DNA of 64,000 bases, taken from positions 1-64,000 of the forward strand of contig NC_089435.1 in assembly GCF_026210795.1 (NCBI RefSeq). The letters run 5' to 3'. The position numbers and the translations under genes were made by a program. The DNA comes from Rhizophagus irregularis. Taxonomy: Eukaryota. Positions 51,386 to 64,000 of this stretch are shown here, piece after piece. Within the stretch, counting starts at the first letter, position 1, and the number at the start of each line of letters is the position of its first letter. The notes below the pieces were generated by a model. The model was not told where the DNA came from and did not search any database. It worked only from the letters and a program-made list of their open reading frames with translations.

Positions 51386-52241
51386 GGTTAAATTTTGGTT
51401 AGACTTTTGGTTGACCTGTTGTCCCAGATTTTTCGTATTGCAGGGGAGCTTTACAATATGTCTAGTTGACTACCTGCCGTATATTTTTTGGTTAGACCTC
51501 GGTCAGATTTTTGGTTAGACTTTTGGTTAGACCTGTTGTCCCAGATTTTTTCGTATTGCAGAAAAAGCTTTACAATATGTCTAGTTACCTTCCTGCTATA
51601 CATTTTTTGGTTAGACCTGGGTTGGTTTTTGGTTAGACTTCACTGTCCCAGATTTTTTCGTATAGGAGGAAAAGCTTTAAAACATATCTAGTTGCCTTCC
51701 TGCTATACATTTTTGGTTAGACCTGGGTCAGATTTTTGGTTAGACTTCACTGTCCCAGATTTTTTTGTATAGCAGGAAAGCTTTACAATATGTCTAGTTG
51801 CCTTCCTGCTATACATTTTTGGTTAGAGCATGAATGGCTTAAATCATCGAATGAATCCCTTTTAGAGTATCATAAAAATAGTATGCCACAATGGATTGCT
51901 GAATCGTGCCATCAGTATTACAGACACTTCGTGTCCTTCATACCTTTGGCACTTATAAAGGCAATCTGATATAGCATAAAATTATGATACCCTGGAATGG
52001 ATCCATGCGTGGTAATAATGCCTAGGAATAAATGATGTTAATCTTATCTACAACGCTTGGGGGTTCTTTTTAGCTATCAAGTAATAACATATCAGGAATC
52101 AAGGTTAGGTGGTCTGGGGATAGAAAAACAGGTATAGTGTTATCATATCAGAAAACAAGGCTAGGTGGTCTGGGGGTATACTAAATTATGGTTAGACCTA
52201 TGTGATAGCCGCTGTCCCAGAACCCCCAAGATTGTCCTACT
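51325..52241 (-). repeat. Right TIR (917 bp)
   Basis: Ends CCCCCAAGATTGTCCTACT, the reverse complement of the left terminus. Confidence 0.95.
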
Positions 52242-54099
52242 CAAATCTGCAAAGTCGACTAAGCTGACTCAAGAAGAGTCTGACGATGAGGTTATAGAAA
52301 TTGAACTGCCAAATATTTCTAAAGGTAATTGAATTTTGGAAAATTGCTGATTGACATGTACGATAATTAATAATTTTTATAGATCAACAAGAGATGTTAT
52401 CGGAAATGAAAAAACGATATGGGAATATTCGAATTCCACAAAAATTTGTATTAGTGGTTAAAGATGATCAAAGTAATGAAAGGATGATCGATGATGACGA
52501 TACTGATTTAGAAGCAGGTACGATTTTGACTTCATTCGTATAAATTCAGAATTATTCGTAAAAAAATATTACTATTAATAAAATTCTTTATTTAGAAAAT
52601 CTAAAATTAAAGAAACAAATTGAAGAAGTACAAGTAGAGAATGCAAAGCTTCAACGCGAAAATAACCGATTATTCGATGAAAATCATTTTTTGACTCGAA
52701 TAAACGAGGCCTTTGCAGACGAGAATGACGATCTACGTGAAAGCTTAAACAGGTATTCGAGAATCCGTCTGCCTAAAGCCATTCATAGGCAGACGGATCT
52801 CGAACAGCTGGCAAAACGTCAAAAAAGAATTAAGACAAAAAAGTCCAAGCGATACGAGGAAGAATTGGAGGAAGAACGGTCTGGTTCTAACAATAATGAT
52901 GAGTACGACGAAAAAGAAGCTAGGGTATATTAATTTTATTTGTCTGATTCAGTTATTTAAAATTGCAGTATTGAGTAATTAAGTACCGGTTATCATTATT
53001 TGATTGTTATATTTAGGCTAAAATGAAGTCTATTTTGAAAACCATCGATGAAACTCGAGGACTAGATTACAATAAAACGTTCAATAGTGCGAAAAATCTC
53101 AAGATTCGTCGTAAGCTAGTCCCTGAATTGCGTTCAGCCCTTACTCCGTGTTTTTTTGCTTCGAATAAGCAACTTACAAAATGGTTGGGTTGTCTTCACA
53201 AGTCTCGTCGTTCTCATCAAAGATTAATGGATAGGGGAAAAGCTGATGAAAATAAACACCGGGTGCACTCAAACAATTGAGTACACGACGTTAGTAATGA
53301 TTTATAATTATTATGCTGAATTTTATTCTGATTATGTATTGAATTTTATTCAAATTATAACGTATTTTAGAAGAAAATCCGCCGAATTAAGGTGGCAAAG
53401 AGATTATATAGTTTTGACGATGAACGGATAACAAAATATGATAAGCGTAGATTACTAAAGATGTTATCCAATCGCTTATTTCATTCTCCAGAAATAAGCG
53501 AGACAGACGAAGAAGACCCAACAAAGTCCATAATCGCTATTTACGACTATTCGTGGAGATCTGATGAGGTTAGAACTTCTGAATCTTGATTTTTCAGACG
53601 AATCGCTGGATTTAATTTTTATATTTTATTGTTTCTTCAGCTTAAAAATTTGCTACGAAATGTACTCGATGTACACTCGTCAAATAAGTCGAAATTAATA
53701 CGCGAACGTAGATACGACGACGAGGTACAAAAATATGACTGACCACATCCGTCGAATGCTTCTGAATGGTCTTATATCGTACAATAACAAGATTTAATAT
53801 TCAATACTGATATCGATCAGGGTTTAATCACTGAATATGAAGAAGAAGAAGAAGAAGTTAGTAGAGGGATAACACCAGCAACTGGCAACACCACCGAAAA
53901 TGATGAAGACCATAACAAGGAAGGAGAAGAAAAACCATCAAAATCAACGGTCGGTGACAATCATAATAATTCAGATTCTGATTTACATATGGACGACGCG
54001 CAATGAACGAATCTGAATTAATTTGGTAGAAAACTTTCTTTTTTTCGTCAAAAATTTATATATATATGTAATTAATATTCCAAATTATTAGTATTAGAA

Positions 54100-54470
54100 T
54101 TTTCCATAATTCAAAATAAATTTGTCTTAATTCAGAAAAAAATTAATTACAATTCGAAATAAATTTACTGCAAATTTACCGCAATTCAGAATAAAATTTA
54201 CTGCAAATATACCATAATTCAGAATAAAATTAACCGCAATTCATTAAATTTTTACCACAATTCAGAATAAATTAACCGCAATTCATTAAATTTTTACCGC
54301 AATTCAGAATAAATTTACCGCAATTCAGAATAAAATTTACCGCAATTCAGAATAGAAAATTTACCGCAATTCAGATTAAAATTTACTGCAATTCAGATTA
54401 AAATTTATCGCAATTTATCAAAATTTATCATAATTCAGAATAAATTCACTGCAATTCGGTAAATTTATGA
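54100..54470. repeat. ~21-bp subterminal tandem repeats of element B
   Basis: CCGCAATTCAGAATAAAATTTA units. Confidence 0.8.
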
Positions 54471-54859
54471 ATATATTTTTTTAAACAATTCGGATCAAAA
54501 ATACTAAGCAATTCAGATACAATTTGGATATTCTGATCGGCATCGATCGGCCTGCCAATCGGAACTTTGCCTAAATTAATAAATCGGCCATCTTTATCAC
54601 CAAATTCGGCCTAAAATCGGACATCCGATTTCTAGCCGATTTGGACTATTTCGACCAGTGTATTAGACTGTGACGTTTCTTCTCATTTTTTACAGAAACC
54701 CTTTTTTTAAAGAGTCAGTGAGAATTTTTTAAAAGAAAAATTGGTTTTTTTAAGAGTTCTAAAGAAAAAATATTATTTCTGTTAAAAAATTTTAAAAAAT
54801 ATTAAATAAAACACTTTTCTTGGATTAAAAAAAAATATTCAGATAGCTATTATTGCTTG

Positions 54860-55104
54860 ATTCAAATGATTCAAAATGTGATTCAGATCTGATTCGGATT
54901 TAATCCAATTCAGATCGGATCATTATTTTTTGGTCTGATCAGATTTACGGATTATAAATTAATGATTTGATCCAGATCCAATTCAGATCTGATTCACAGA
55001 TTCAAATTGGATCAGATATTTTGCGGAATCCTAAAAATGCATGACAGATCTGCCAAACTTTTGCCGATTTGTTATATGACCGAAAGTTTTGATTTCAACC
55101 AGTG
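54860..55104. mobile_element. Orphan CACTG-type terminus remnant
   Basis: TTTTGATTTCAACCAGTG (ends 55104) matches element B's left terminus in reverse complement; AATTCAGATC repeats inside. Confidence 0.5.
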
Positions 55105-56304
55105 AATATACCTCCTTTTAATAGTACCCCCTCCTCCTATAGTATTTTCCAGGTACTATTCAATCTAAGTGAACTTTCTTGAATAGTACTTGGGATATTA
55201 TATGCAGCACTATATGGTAGTAACTTTGCTGAAACTTGGAGTTTACAATCAATATTGATTAGATATTGCAATAATATTATGATATCATTACGATATTTTG
55301 ATAAAAATAGATTCGACATTGTTAAGTTAATCATAACTGTATTTATTTGATATTGATATCTTGGAAAATAAAAAGATGTAATAGAAAATTATGGGAGATG
55401 AATAATGAGAAGTAATATGAGGTGAAAAATGATGAGACTTTACTTTGAATTTAATGTCAATTTCCAGTATGTGTTGCATTCTCAAGAGTAACTGTATATC
55501 AACATATTAAGATTTTTATAGATAATGGTGAGAATTGCAAGACAAGAAACATTGTATACTGTGAAATATTTCATTCTATAAATAGAATTCACATTTTAAA
55601 ATTATATAACAATATTTCATATAATATTTTATATATAACATTCATATACAATTCACTTGTATTAGTATAAATATGTAAATTATATAAATTTATATGATTA
55701 TTTTCTTCTAACCTTATCAAGCCTATTTCTAAAATATAGCCATATTATTGTTACTTTTCTTGACTTGATACCCGATTGATGACTGGTTGGTGACTGATTT
55801 GGCATGGGCAAATTTTATTCCTGGCACAGCATGACAGTTACTCCTAGTTCCTAGTTTAATAATAAAAAGAAGAAACTAAACCAATAAAATGTTAGAGCAA
55901 CATGTACTGAACATTTCTATCAGATTATTTTATAGAATTTAATAAGAATTTTAATAAATATTATGGGTTAAAGTTGGATATGTAGTATTAATAAAAATAC
56001 AAAAATTCCATGGAAATCCACAAGAATTCCATGTAATATGGCAAAAAGAAAATTTTGCCGCTGGTGACAGCCACCATAGTGCTTACAAAGATGATTTGAA
56101 GCCATCCACCCCCCTAAAATTTATATGCCAAATGTGGTAATTAAACTATTCTTTGAGATTTAACTGTTTAATATTTCTGTTTTTAATTTCTCTAGTTCTG
56201 TAAAAGGAATATTTCAATTAGTTTTGATAATGCGCCAGAGTGGACAGTATTAATGTGGAAAAGGAAATGGAAGGAGTTGTGGAACAAAGTATTAATATTT
56301 TCTG

Positions 56305-58508
56305 TTATATCCGCAATACCTTCCTAGGCAATTTCTCATAAAATTGTCTAACTATAGCACCAAATTTTTCTAAACACTTCCCTTCATCAGTTGTTTTCCA
56401 CCTACTCGCATCCTCGACAAACGCAACAAATGATTTCAGCTCTCCCTCCAACTTGTCTATTAATTCTGAAAATGACATTTTCTCTCCAAACTTGATAATT
56501 CCAATGATTTGACACAATCCGTCGTAGTCCTGAATAATTTCTTGCCATGGATCGAAGTGAAGTAGCAACGAAGTTGCAAGGCCGAAATCAATAAGATAGA
56601 AATGACCATTTCTCTGTATAACGTTTCGTATGGCTACATCTCCATGCGCGTAACCACGGGCATGTATCTTCTCCAAGCACGATAATAGATCCAGAATTAT
56701 TTGAAAAATTGTGTAATCATCTATATTACCGTTATCAGAAATCCATGATTCCAGGGGTAGTCCCGCAAAATCGGTAAGTAAAGCCAGGGAACCTCCCATT
56801 GTATGACCTTCAAAGAGAATTTTGGGAACACAAGAAAGATCACTTAGTGCACGCAACACTGATATTTCACGGCAAACTTGAAAGATTTCAGTGTTTTTGC
56901 AAACTTCAATCTTCAGATAAAAAAATGATCAATATGGCAAGTTTATTATACACAGTATGAGACATTCTCAGGATTAATTACCTTCAAAACGGCATCCTTT
57001 ATTCCATAATCACGTACTTGTGCCAAAAAAACTATACACTCTCTTCCAGTTCCAAGGTGAGATGTAATCTGCACATGGATATAATTTCCAGATTTTAATC
57101 TAATAAGAATGTCCTCTCCGATGAAGGAAGCCAAGAGACTTTCAGAAGAAATTGATGACTTATTCCTATACGTATATGTATTATCTTTGTTTCCACCTAA
57201 AGTAATGATATGTTTATTAACAACCTAGTACAAAACTATTAACATCACTAAACACGAATTAATAAATTTTTTATATTATTATAAACTACAGTATAGGTAT
57301 TTTTTATTTTTTTGTAAGTATAATAATTATATTGACATATATGACATACTCATCCTTTTCTTTATCAGGTCATCATAATAACGACCAATTAGGCCAGCGA
57401 TAAGTGAGGCCGTGTGTTCACTCCATCTATAAGTGGTACTTTGCTCAAACTTCACTTTTGGGGCACCATTAATATCATTTAATAATTGTATTTTCGCAAA
57501 TTTCCAAAGCTTCCCATCAGTTAAACATCCGTAGAAAACGCGTGTTAGAGGTCTATCCGCTGTAAGGTATGCCCTGGCATATTTTATTAATTGACCTTTC
57601 CCTACCATTACTTTTGAATTATCATTTAAATCATTCTTAACTTCCCAACCCAAGCCTTTTGATAAATCAGGTGTGCTATTTGTCAATTCTTTGCGGTAAT
57701 TTTTATGGCCAATTATGATATCAGCGTAAACTTCATATTCTTGCCGGCTGCCATAATCTCCAAATACAAGTAACTCGCTTTCTAAGCTCAACCTTTTTAC
57801 GACTTCATTCACAACATTAACGCAAAATGGCTGATTTACCTTGGTTTCACTTGATCCTTGTATAGGAGCATCAGGGTATTGAAGAAATACTTGGCGACCA
57901 AACAGTAGCTCTGCATCAATATCCATCTCGATTTGCCAAGGTCGTACGACTCCCATACCTCTCACATATTTGTACACGGAGGAAGACTTTCTTGTATTGT
58001 CCGTTTTAGAAACGAATAATTCATATCTTAAATCTTTAATTGTTTTTTCTAATAAAATGGAAATAGTTAAAAAGTAACGGCGAAAAAGCAGTACATTCAC
58101 TCACGTTGACCAGATTTATTACGATCACTTACCATCGCCGGCGACATCAGGCGCTTCTACAATAACGTGTATAAGATCTTCGGGAGGCGCTTGATTTTCA
58201 GGCCAGTAAGTACCAATTTTTCGCATATCCTTCATTAGATAAACATCATCATTCTCATACTCGTAATCCTGAAGTTTCAAGTTTTGAATATCGAAAATAT
58301 GGTCGTCATCAACAGGGTTCTTAAGCTTCAAAAGCTTAAGTCTGTCCGGGGCGAATTTATCAAACTCAGGTTCTCTAGCTTTCTTGATAACTTTCTTAAG
58401 CTCAGAAATACGGTTATCCCTTCCTATGGTAACCTCAAAAATAGTAGCAACTCCACGAACAAGTAACCAAAGGTTGATTTCCGTTCCAGAAATTGTAACT
58501 TCAGACAT
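56305..58508 (-). CDS. Crinkler (CRN)-like protein: ubiquitin-like CRN N-terminus, PD-(D/E)XK nuclease, protein kinase; spliced
   Basis: LWLLVRG...ISELKKVIK...LKLLKL...IHVIVE; ADIIIG...WEVK...GQLIKY; HLGTG...AVLK, HGDVAIRNV, LIDFGLA. Confidence 0.85.
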
Positions 58509-60618
58509 TTTGTACGTTATTGTGTTATTGTTTGTTTGTATGACAACGAATGAAAGAAATTTTTTTTTGTAAAAGGGGAAATTTGGGGTATATATGAAAA
58601 ATCGACTGTTGCACAGATTGATCTGATCAGTTGCACAACCGGTTTCGTTATTACAACTATGATTGATAATGTTTAATAGATTCGTGCAATATAATATAGA
58701 TTATCTTGTAAAACCAAATAAAATTAGTGTCATCATGTAGCCTGTATTTTATATATTTTTTCTCAACGATAAAGAAAAGGCAATATTAATTTACCAGACA
58801 TTATATTTTTTTTCATATGGTGTCAGTATATAAAGCTTTGAGTATATGTGGGAAAGTTCGAGAAAAAACGTGCAATTATTTGTTCCCGTGATACATGTTG
58901 TCATTTCTAACGTTACTGCGTTTATCAATGATATTTGAAATTTGTTCGAGAAATTTTAGCATACACAATTCCCTCAATCCCTCATTAACAAAAAAGACCT
59001 CCTTTGTATATAGTTTTTTATTATGATTTTAAGCAGATCTGTTGATCAGATTTTCGTGATGCCATCATATTAATGTAATTTCCCCAAAAGTTTATAACAA
59101 AATCGATACTGCAAATTATATAAAAAGGTGATGTCCTGGTTAGTGAATCCTTTTATATGTCTTGTGCAAGAAAAGCAAAAATCAAACAAAAATTCAACTG
59201 TTCAGGTCTTACCATTATTTACAGTACATCGTCAATATCATTTATCAAATGAACTCGTATATTCCGCAAAGTAATAATAAGGTAAGTTGGTTTATTATTC
59301 GGCTAGATTCTTGAAACATGTCATCATGACATTAATCGATTTTCCCCGCCTCTATAGATGTTCCAAAATAAAACGGTCATATTACTCTTTTTCGCCAAGA
59401 AAATCTTTGACAATAGGCGCAGTGAAATTATTCACATGAATCTCGTCACATGCAAAGGCACAGCAAAAGTTTGCGTAGTACATCAAAAATATCACGTGTC
59501 GAATTCTTAATGTTTGGCACAGTATCTTACTGGTGATAAAAAAATTACTCGTCAAATTTCTTAAAAATCAAGGCGGATTGAATATTCTGAAAATGAGATG
59601 TAAAGGTAAGTAAATCATTAATATTACATTACTTTTTTTCATAAGTTACTAATCTCCCAATTTATGCTCACTGTAGATTCGAAATTATTCATTCTCAGGA
59701 AACTTCTCTTGCGGAAGTTAGCTAAAATCGAAAATTTCTATATAATCTGTGTGGATAGGAGTGATTTATATTGGCAAGGATCTTGTAAATACAGTTTATT
59801 TCGTATTTGTAGAAAATGGAATCTCATAATTAGATAGAAAAAAATTAGATAGATCTACATAAATATGAGAGCAAAGAAATAATTTGATGCTGGGACTCGC
59901 ATTTAATGACCTAGGATCTGTGTCTCTTTGATAGCATCATATTGTTTTGCTTGCAATTTCCATCATTTTACATTTCTTTTGTATTTGAAAAAAATTAAAT
60001 TTCATACAGAACGAACATTTGATCCAGCATCCATTGCAATTAAGGATGTGTCTGCAATACCCTAATTGCGGATTAATTGCGATTTGTGATATTGCGGAAC
60101 AATAAAATGGTACATGATTCAACATTTAAAAAAAAAAGAAGATATATAAAATCATCGATAATTTATTAAATTTTATAGAAAATTTTACAGTATAAATTAG
60201 ATTATAGTTTAAGGTAAATGTAATTCTAGAATAGTTCTTTGGCTCAATGAATAATTTCCTTTACTGTATAAATATTAAAATTGATTAATTTTTAAAAGTG
60301 AAATAAATTACCATGATCTATGCAACCATTTATCATCAACAAATCCTTATAATAATATCTTTCCATACTTTTTCCATTCTTTATTTTACATCTTCTTTTA
60401 AAGCAACCATTGACATCATCAGTCATAATAATTTATTTTATTACTAAAAGATCATCAGTCATAATAATGTTTTCAATTATTTGCTTTGTAACGATATCAA
60501 AGAAGGTCACGAGAAATGATGCAATGCCTGTGCGACATAAAAACCTATATTAACGTTTACTTTCCCACTAAATATTCTGGAACGCAACACTATTTTTTTA
60601 TCTGAGCCAAAGATTGCA

Positions 60619-62081
60619 ATGTCAACTATAATTCTCAATTGTTTGGTCATTGGTGAAAACCCCTATGAAAATGCATTCGCAGTTGATATTGAAATAAACA
60701 GGTCTATTAGCAAGTTTAAAAATGCTATCAAGGAGAATCAAAAGTCTTTTTTGATAACGTTGCGTCCAAAGAACTCAAGTTATAGAAGATCGACAATTTC
60801 CCTCAAAGAAGAAAATAAAAAATTAATCACTGTCAATACAAAAATAAATGTTAATATCAAGGATGAGCTTAGTGGTGTCGAATTGTTTTTACTTTCAAAG
60901 ATCAGCAAACACTTTTCTTCTCGAAAGAAGTTCACTGTACTACAACATATGGGCGTATGACAGTAACCCAAGAAATGGTGACATTGGAAGGCTTTAAGAA
61001 GAAACTTTATGAATATTTAGTATTTCCAGATGGGACAAAAACAAGCATATTGTAATAGGTTATGTAATGAGTGGTGTTAGCTTGAAGAGAAAAATTTTAA
61101 CAGGTAAAATGCGTAAAATTTAGACCAGACAAGCCAGAGTGCAACGGTAGAAAGTGATACAGTGGAAATTGCGATAGAGTGTAAAGTTATTCAATTTTCT
61201 GCTGACGAGAATTTATTGAGAATTATCTGGATTGCTAATCTCAAGGTGAATTTGAAAATAGTTGTGGATATGTGCAAGCACTATTAATATATTAGGATAT
61301 TCACATGTCAATTCTGATCAGTTAATTTATGTACAGCATCTTTGACTATTTTTATAGTATAACAACCTTTCTCTTTATTTACTTTTCCAAAGATAAAGGC
61401 ATTTTTTGACTTGAAGGCAGATTGATTATAACAGATTATCACTTTTTAATGGAAGTGTCAAAAATACTTCAAGAGAGATCCGAAATTTGGTTGTGAAAGA
61501 ATTATTGAAATTATATAAGATATTCCAATACATTACTAGTGCCAATGAAGCCGCTCATTGCAAGTTTATTTCTGCATTATTTACGGATCTTTGGTAGTGA
61601 GGTGAAAGTCTATCCCCAATATGAAATTTTTGGAAGTCATGGCAAAAGACCAATTGATTTGGTCATAAAAGTGAAAAATACAATCATCACAGTTACTGAG
61701 GCAAAAAAAGAGAACATCAATCAAGGTATTGTACAGAATGCAGTCCAACTACAAATATTTATACAGCGCAATCCTAAAAAACATAACTATGATACGGCAA
61801 GTTTATATGAAGATGTAATATATAGAATTGTATCAACCACTGTAAATTAGGTCATAATCAAACTAGTTTCATCTAACTCTGAGAATAATAGTGAAGAGAA
61901 GGTAGAAGTGTTGTTAAGTTCTTTGTCGCACTTATTATCATTACCAATTAATAATTCTGTTTTAACCTATGAGAACTTGGCAAAGCCTGTTGAAAACTTG
62001 TTTGGTCAAATTAAGTGGGTGTTTGATTACCAGTTAGAATCGCAAGAATTATTAAAACGGGTAAAAATAGAAGATAAGTGA
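60619..62081 (+). pseudogene. Crinkler-like pseudogene with restriction-endonuclease-fold domain
   Basis: IILNCLVIGENPYENAFAVDI...ISKFKNAIK; YPQYEIFGSHGKRPIDL...VTEAKKENINQGIVQNAVQL; multiple stops and frameshifts. Confidence 0.75.
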
Positions 62082-62953
62082 GATAGTCTTGTCTTGTTCG
62101 AAAAATAATCGTATATATAGACAGTAGACACTAGTATAAAAAAAAAAGTTATGTATCCCGAGTAAAGTCCTTATCATTGTATTTATTTTAATTCTGCATT
62201 AATAAGGCGATTCTTTACATTTACTACAAAACATTAAATAATTCACATTTTATTATTAATGTCAAATGCTTAATCCTTTGATTCATTTAGAGAATTAAAT
62301 ACCAAGCTCTTAGCTGAGATTGCTGAGCTTAGAAAGAGATCAAGGGCAAGAATGTTGAGATTTCTAGGAGGTTGCTGAGAATGAGAAAACTGAGACAGGA
62401 GCTTAACATTCAGGCCAAAAATGATTAGCTGGAGAAAACTATATTGCATTATTCATCAGTTGAGATTGGCAAACTTAATGCCATAATCATAAAACTAGAG
62501 AAAAATTGGGCAGTTCCACTAAACTTAAATCCTAAGAATGCTGAGTTTGCATTATGCAAAATCGATTTTGAACTCATATTTATGTAAGTAAATTTTGAAC
62601 ATATTTAAAATTAAAGATTTTTGGTTTTTTTAATAATTTTATTGTCATTTTTATTATTTATTAGTTTCATTTTACACTTTTCACATAATTTATGGTCATG
62701 ATACCAATTATAATGACAATAATTTATAGAAAGCTTTGATTAATTAAATTATGATGCCATTTAATAGTTGTTAAAAGAATATTACATTGATTGTATTTAA
62801 AAAAAGTAATTCAATTTATATAGTACTAATAAGAATGATAATACAATAATGCAGTACAATTATGATATAATGCATTTGTATTAATACATAATACAATTAA
62901 TACATGTATACTGTAATAATTTTTATTTTTTATTTTTATTAACCAATATACGT

Positions 62954-64000
62954 CACTAGTCGAAATAAGGCAAATCGGCTAAAAATCGGATATCCGATTT
63001 TAGGTCAAATTACGGCTGAAATATGTCCGATTTTTACAAAAAAATATATTCCGATTGTTATCCGATTGACTGCCAATCAGATGTACTTCGGAACTTAAAT
63101 CGGACATAAATCAGAACTAAATCATACTAAATTTGGACAGTCAATCAGATGTACTTCGAAACTTAAATCGGACATAAATCAGACTAAATCATACTAAATT
63201 CGGAAAATTATTATATATAGAAAATTCGATTTAAATTTATTATCGTTATATATTAATTATCAGAAATATTTACGAATAATACATGAAAAAAAAAAATTTA
63301 AAATAAATGTAATTGATAGTCCCGCTTCATTCAGCTAAATCATCACCAGCTCCACTTTTTTGACTATCGATTAACACCTCTTCCGTTTCTTCACCATAGT
63401 CTTCATCTTCGTCGAAACCACTTCTACTATCGATTTCCGTATCATATATAAAATCCTCTTGCTCGACATATGACCATTGTGGAGCATTTTCAGAATGCAT
63501 TCGGTCGAAGTGTTGAACTTCATCATCATACTGGCGAGGTCGTTGTAATTTTGCCGTTTGAATATCTGCCGAATGTGAGTCGATGACGTTTCGAAGTAAA
63601 TTTTTTAGCTAAAAAAGACAATATAAATAAAATAAATACAAAATAAAGAAAGGAACAAGAGTGATATATCGAAGTATAAATATCGAAGTATAAATATCGA
63701 AGTATAAATATCGAAGTATAAATATCGAAGTATAATAAATATCGAAGTATAATAAATATCGAAGTATAAACCTCTTGTGATCGCCAAGAATAATCATAGA
63801 CGCATACGATCGTCTTATCTGGATTCTCTTCATCTGACTCACTGATTTCCGGCGAGTGGTAAGATCGATTTGCCAACATTTTTAATAATTGGCGTTTTTC
63901 ATAACCAATTATTCTTTCGTCACTTTTCCTATAAAGATCCTTTGCAGCCTTAATTCGACGCAATTTTTTCTTAAATGATAAATATATAAGAAAATTAGCA
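62954..64000 (-). mobile_element. End of CACTA element C (relative of B) with the 3' part of its second gene; runs off the window
   Basis: CACTAGTCGAAATAAGGCAAATCGGCT parallels element B's right terminus. ORF 63526-63963 is homologous to 53392-53589. A 13-16-bp AAATATCGAAGTAT repeat sits in the intron (63665-63770). Confidence 0.85.

Larger units (their letters stand above)
40385..52241. mobile_element. Self-synthesizing (Polinton/Maverick-like) element carrying pPolB, integrase and a Gag-protease module
   Basis: ~920-bp TIRs, AGTAG...CTACT termini, CAAAT TSD (40380-40384, 52242-52246), intronless compact genes. Confidence 0.93.
39892..54006 (+). pseudogene. Second gene of CACTA element B, interrupted at 40384/52247 by the pPolB element
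   Basis: Three 147-bp (49-aa) repeats. The frame ...SILK continues as SAKSTKLTQEES after the insertion. Later exons contain HSPEISETD...YDYSWRS; premature TGA/TAA stops are present. Confidence 0.8.
34215..54660. mobile_element. CACTA/EnSpm-like transposon B (host of the pPolB element)
   Basis: TIR CACTGGTCGAAAT...ATTTCGACCAGTG, TA on both flanks, subterminal tandem repeats, transposase plus divergent second gene. Confidence 0.9.

Noticed and set aside
40379..52247. 6-bp TSD TCAAAT
   Set aside because: The right-hand T (52241) is needed as the last base of the TIR pairing with A40385, so a 5-bp CAAAT duplication fits symmetric ends.

Overview
AT-rich eukaryotic genomic DNA with short spliceosomal introns. 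It is almost entirely nested transposons plus a few Crinkler/NTPase-nuclease genes; the content suggests a Glomeromycotina (Rhizophagus-like) fungus, which is an inference. It holds three CACTA/EnSpm-type elements, each with a related second gene, a Plavaka element, an hAT MITE, a Tc1 element, a MULE transposase and a 537-bp foldback. The standout is an 11.86-kb element (40385-52241) with ~920-bp terminal inverted repeats, AGT...ACT ends and a 5-bp target-site duplication (CAAAT). Like a Polinton/Maverick it encodes a protein-primed family B DNA polymerase and a DDE integrase. I see no jelly-roll capsid, packaging ATPase or cysteine protease. In their place is a retroelement-style Gag (capsid-like domain plus CCHC knuckle) joined through A10 runs to an aspartic protease and a zinc-finger tail, with no reverse transcriptase, RNase H or LTRs. 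It may be a DNA-replicating element with a retroviral-type particle module. A remnant of a second element with a related integrase lies at ~19544-22596. All calls come from reading motifs by eye; no searches were run.
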